From positions 1 to 57,196 of the forward strand of contig MEDY01000170.1 in the NCBI GenBank assembly GCA_001724265.1: a stretch of DNA of 57,196 bases, written 5' to 3'. This document shows positions 53,093 to 57,196 of this stretch, in pieces. The translations under genes and the position numbers were made by a program. The DNA comes from Rhizaria sp. SCN 62-66. Its lineage: Eukaryota. How positions within the stretch are numbered: the first letter of the stretch is position 1; each line of letters opens with the position of its first letter. The notes under the pieces are model-generated. The model saw only the letters and a program-made list of their open reading frames with translations, was not told where the DNA came from and did not search any database.

Positions 53093-56000
53093 GCGGCTGC
53101 GGCGCCAGAGCACCGAGACGGCCTCGCTGCCGGGCACCACCGCCGCGGGCACCGTCACCGCCACTAATAACGCCAACGCGGCCGCAGACGCGGTGGGGAC
53201 TGCGCAGGAGCAGGCGCTCGCCGCGGTGCTCGCGGGGGCCAGTCCCGGCGCCAACTCGATTGACGTCGCCGCCATCAGCGTCTACGCGAACACCGGCGCC
53301 GGCGCTGCCGCAGCCGCGGGCCGCGTGCGCGCCGCGGAGACTGCGTCCGCGCCCGGCACGCCACTGCCGCCGGCCGGCGGCGCCACGGGACTCACCGCAC
53401 TGCAGCTGGAGCGTCTGCCGCCTATCTCTGCCGCTGACGCAGCCGCTGAGGCCGCCGCTGCTGCTGACGCCGCGGCCGCGCACGTCTCCGCCGCCGTCTC
53501 GGCCGCGGTCGCCGGCGCCAGCGCTGGCGCGGGGCCCGGGCTGAGCGCCGCGTTGAGCGACTCACCGCCGCTGGGCTCGCCCTTCGGCTCCCCCGGCTTC
53601 GGCCCGCGGCCCGGCTCGCGCGGCCCCGCGTCGCCGCTGCTGGGGCCCGGGGCACTCACCGCAGCCGCCTCCACCAGTGTCGCTGGCGGCGGCGGCGCGG
53701 TGGGCGCGATGGGCGGGGATCTGTACCCGGCGCGAATGGGGCGCGCGCTCAGCATGCTTAACAGCGGCGGCCGCGACCGCGACTGGGATGCTGAACAGCG
53801 CGACCGCGACCGCGAGCGTTCTGGGAGCTTCATTACGAGTCCCGACCGGCTTAACTACGGCCTGGGCCCCGACTACGGCCGCGAGCTCGACCACGAGTTC
53901 GGCCACGGCCATGGCCTCAGCACCGCGAGCAGCGGCGCCGTCTCCAGCGCGACCGCGGCCTCGGGCGCTGGCGCCGGCGGCGGCTTCGAGAGCGCTGTGC
54001 GCGCGGGGTTGCTGCAGCAGATGGAGGCCGAGAACGCGGTGTACGACTCGCTCGCTACGCAGCTTCACGACGCGCACGCGCACGGACACCTGGGGCTCTC
54101 GGGGCTGCCGGGTGGACGCTTCGGGCTGCCCTCGGACGTCATCGCGCCATTCGTACGTTTACGTTCATAACTTGATCATAGTTCGCTAACTCTAAACCGT
54201 TTATCTCTATTGCCTCTTGAAATCTTATCCCTTATCTTCATTTCGTTTTCTTTGATTCGTCTTTTCCGGTGCAGAGCTCCATCCCCAGTCTGGCTGCGTA
54301 CTCGGCGCTCTTCTCGCCGCTGTCTGAGGAGAGCCCGGCCGTGGGGGCTGAGCCCGACTCGGCCGCGGACTCGCGCCCCAACGGCGCCGCCTTCTCGCCC
54401 TGCGACGACAACTGCGGCCACGGCAGCGCTGACGCTCACAGCGCTGTCCCAAACAGCGTTGCCACCGCGCCCGCTGCAGTGCCCGCCACAACCACGAAAA
54501 ACAACGCCAACGTGCGGGGCAACGGCGGCGCGAACGTCGCGACTCCGGGCTCCACCAGCAGCGGCGCATGCGTGACCGCCGACGGCGGCGTTGCGGCCGC
54601 ACTCTCCCCCTTCGGCGCCGCGATCGACAGCCCCGCGGCGAACGGCACCGCTGTCGTCGCCGATGGCCAGACGAGACCCGCTGACCCCGACGCGGCCACG
54701 CTGGGCACTCTGCGCGCGGCGAATGCGGACGGCAGCGACCGCGACGCGACTGGCGGGAGCGTGGCCGCGCTGGCCGCCGCCGCCACCGCCGCGGCCGCCG
54801 CCGTGGCCGCTGAGCGCGTGACCGCGACTGCGCCTTGGCGCGACGGCGACGGCACAGCGGTGGCCACCTCCGCGCCCGCCTCTGTCACGGTTGAGACCGC
54901 CACCGCCGAGGCCGCAAACGCTGTTGCAGCTGCTGCTGCTGCTGGTGCTGCTGCTGCTGGTGGTGGCAGTGCTAGTGCGAACGACGCTCCCACAGGCCGC
55001 GCGGCGCAGCTGGACTCGCTGGCCTTGCCCGCGCTCCCGCGCTCGCTCTACTCCACCACGACGGCGACCGCGGCCGCCGACTCCGCCGCTGCGAACTCCG
55101 GCGCCGGAAGTGCCGACGCCGGCGCACAGCGCGCGCGGGGCGGGGCGCGCGGCGGCCGCAGCGGGCGCGGGCTCGAGGCCTACGTGCTGCCGGACCGTGA
55201 ACGTGACCGTGAGCAGCAGCACATGGGCCACCACACGGGCCGCGAGCGCAGCGGCAGCGCCTCCGCGGGCGGCTGGAGCGACCGGCAGCACGGCTACGGC
55301 TGGGGCGCGGCCGCAGCGGCCATGCTCGGCGCCAGCAGCAGCAGCAGTGGCAGCAACAACAGCAACAGCAACCCCAGCTCTGCCGCGGCGGCCGCGGCGG
55401 CGGCGCTGGCGGCAGCGAGCCTGGGCGGCGCGCGCGAGGCCGAGGCGCAGCGGCGGCGGCGCCTGCTGACGACGGCGAAGCTGACGCATTGCATCCTGGA
55501 CTGGGTGGTGGACTCGTTCCTGCCGGTGATCCGGCACTCATGCGCCGAGGCCGACATCCTGGACGACCTCTCGCGCACGCTCACGCTCGCGTCGCACGAT
55601 GAGCTGCTCAAACGCATTGCGCTGGCGCGGCGGCGCATCGCGTGGATCCGCCAGTGGCTCTGGTCCAAGAACGACATCCTTGGCGCGCTGCTGGGCAAGG
55701 ACTGGAAGGAGTTCGTGTCCGGGATCGAGGCGCCGTACATCCGCGACGTGCTGGATCATAACACGCACATGACGCAGGAGGTCGACATGGCCAGCGAGCT
55801 GCTCACCACCGTCCAGGAAGGCTACGTCACGCGGCTGAACATCGAGGTGTCGCGTGCGTCGCAGGACACCAACACGGTGATGCAGTCACTCACGGGCGTG
55901 GCGACCATCTTCATGCCTCTGAGTTTGATCCCGGGCCTGATGGGCATGAACTGTCCCGTGCCTTTCCAGGAAGGCATCGACGCCTACGGGTGGGAGTATC

Positions 56001-56191
56001 TGCGCGAGATGACGCCCTTCATCGGCATCATCTTTGTCATGACCGTGCTCTCCACGCTCGGATGGATGTTCTTCACGCGGCAAAACGTCATCGGGCGCAT
56101 GTCCGCCGTGTCCACCGACCTCGAGTCGATTCTCGCAAGCAAGCAGAGCGCAAAGCCGCTCCCCGGCCATGGCGGACCCTCAAACATGTGA
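48825..56191 (+). CDS. CorA/ALR1-family Mg2+ transporter, ~2314 aa (exons 48825-52383, 52550-52718, 52853-54152, 54275-56191)
   Basis: VVWLDVE, FNVHPLTIEDIL...REKLEVFDTYLFLVV, IRVLVLNNLVITFH, ILDWVVDSFLP, YIRDVLDH, TNTVMQSLTGVATIFMPLSLIPGLMGMNCPVP (GMN signature) and second TM FIGIIFVMTVLSTLGWMFF. Exon phases join in frame. Stop TGA. Confidence 0.9.
52384..52549 (+). other. CorA intron 1 (166 nt)
   Basis: GTACGC donor, AT-rich body, GACAG acceptor; phase-1 join gives ...TTDETSRSTLDFFSESIRVLV. Confidence 0.8.
52719..52852 (+). other. CorA intron 2 (134 nt)
   Basis: GTACGT donor, T-rich body, TTCACAG acceptor; phase-2 join gives ...SNMAQHKRYTFH. Confidence 0.8.
54153..54274 (+). other. CorA intron 3 (122 nt)
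   Basis: GTACGT donor, internal GCTAAC, T-rich tract, GTGCAG acceptor; phase-0 join. Confidence 0.8.
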
Positions 56192-56712
56192 GTGCGTGAG
56201 TGCGTGCGTGATGATGACACGACGAACAAGTCAAAGTATTTTGTAGAATAGTGTTCGCAGCACCCTTGCTGCATTCGTAGTTTAAGTATGTTTTGTTTGT
56301 TAGTTTTAACGATGTTGTTAACGAACAAGATTCATACGGCACGTAACTTATGATAGGAGATATTAATACACAGTTGCTTTTGTAGGCAATCAGTACGATC
56401 AAACGAACTAGTACGTTGTTGTTGATGTGTAGCTACTGTTACGATGACTGAATTTACGTGTGATGACGATTCTAATCCCGGAAGGCTTAACTACGCGAGC
56501 ATCTATTGATGCAATAAGCCAGGGCGGCACAGCGTCAGTATCACCACTGCATCGGCACTCTGCAGGCACTCGTTACGGCGTATTTCTTGTATACGTACGC
56601 AGCGCAACATAACAAATAGTTCTTCGGCGCGGAAGACGCGCTGGCGGCTGATGAGCAAAAGTATATAACGCCGCACGCGGGTGTGCGAGGCTGGAGCAAG
56701 GCGCGAACGAGC

Positions 56713-56721
56713 AAAAAAAAA
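56713..56721 (-). terminator. RNA polymerase III oligo-T terminator
   Basis: T9 on the minus strand, 2 nt downstream of the tRNA 3' end. Confidence 0.8.
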
Positions 56722-56723
56722 CG

Positions 56724-56795
56724 TGCTCGGTGCGAGGATCGAACTCGCGACCTTGGGATTATGAGACCCACGCTCTACCACTGAGCCAACCGAGC
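56724..56795 (-). tRNA. tRNA-Met (CAT), elongator type
   Basis: Reverse complement GCTCGGTTGGCTCAGTGGTAGAGCGTGGGTCTCATAATCCCAAGGTCGCGAGTTCGATCCTCGCACCGAGCA folds as a cloverleaf: acceptor stem GCTCGGT/ACCGAGC, anticodon loop CTCATAA with U31:U39, T-loop TTCGATC, G1-C72, no encoded CCA. Confidence 0.96.
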
Positions 56796-57196
56796 TTCTA
56801 AGTACGGTACTTAGATGTGCCGTGCGCCCGATTTTAGAGTACTAAATGTGATAATATTTTTGTAAGAAATGACGCTTTTTTGGCACGTTTTCATGCCAAC
56901 AATTATTCAAATATTTTTACCAATCAATTGAATGAAAATAGTGTCAGAAAACTATCAAGATGTACGACTAGGCTATAAGTTGGGGGGGTGGGGGGGGGAA
57001 AACGCAAATAAATGAGGAGAGCAGTCTTTTTTTAACTGGTATTACTGACGCAACTTGTTTGATCTAAGCTGGCGATTCTGTTGCACATTCGGGGTTATAC
57101 TAGTACTACTGCGGGCAAAAATATCCGTAGCTGTGGCTAAAATATCCGTAGTTGACCAAGCAAATTTGTGGTGGAAGTTGATTTTGTAATACAATT

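Noticed and set aside
56455-56655. Box C/D snoRNA (GTGATGA ... CTGA) between CorA and the tRNA
   Set aside because: Boxes are far apart, with no terminal stem or recognisable rRNA guide.
56724-56795. Possible UAG-decoding suppressor tRNA
   Set aside because: The anticodon is CAT (Met). I found no CUA-anticodon tRNA in this window; it would have to be elsewhere in the genome.

Overview
Gene-dense nuclear DNA of a eukaryotic microbe (protist-like): very GC-rich coding blocks separated by short (about 0.3-0.8 kb) AT-rich spacers, with a few short GT-AG introns. I read 11 protein genes and one tRNA: an unknown ~1489-aa membrane protein, Aquarius/AQR spliceosomal helicase, a small type-I membrane protein, a ~5083-aa disordered giant protein, FCF1/UTP24, a calmodulin-like EF-hand protein, EXO1, a PHD-TFIIS_M-SPOC (PHF3/DIDO/Bye1-like) protein, a small secreted Cys-rich protein, U1A/U2B'' snRNP protein, a CorA-family Mg2+ transporter and elongator tRNA-Met(CAT). 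Main finding: the organism appears to use a non-standard nuclear genetic code in which UAG is a sense codon (probably Gln) while UAA and UGA remain stops. All five non-intron breaks in the long reading frames are single in-frame TAGs, two inside Gln runs and one upstream of a motif resembling the conserved end of the EXO1 nuclease domain. None of the 11 gene models ends in TAG (8 TGA, 3 TAA). Secondary observations: acceptor-like pyrimidine-tract/YAG signals just upstream of most start codons (5'UTR introns or SL trans-splicing), a GTACGT donor consensus, heavy Ala/Gly/Ser/Asn low-complexity inflation of conserved proteins, and a recurring W-x-x-Y/F motif in the giant protein. Protein family calls are from recognising motifs by eye; no database searches were run.
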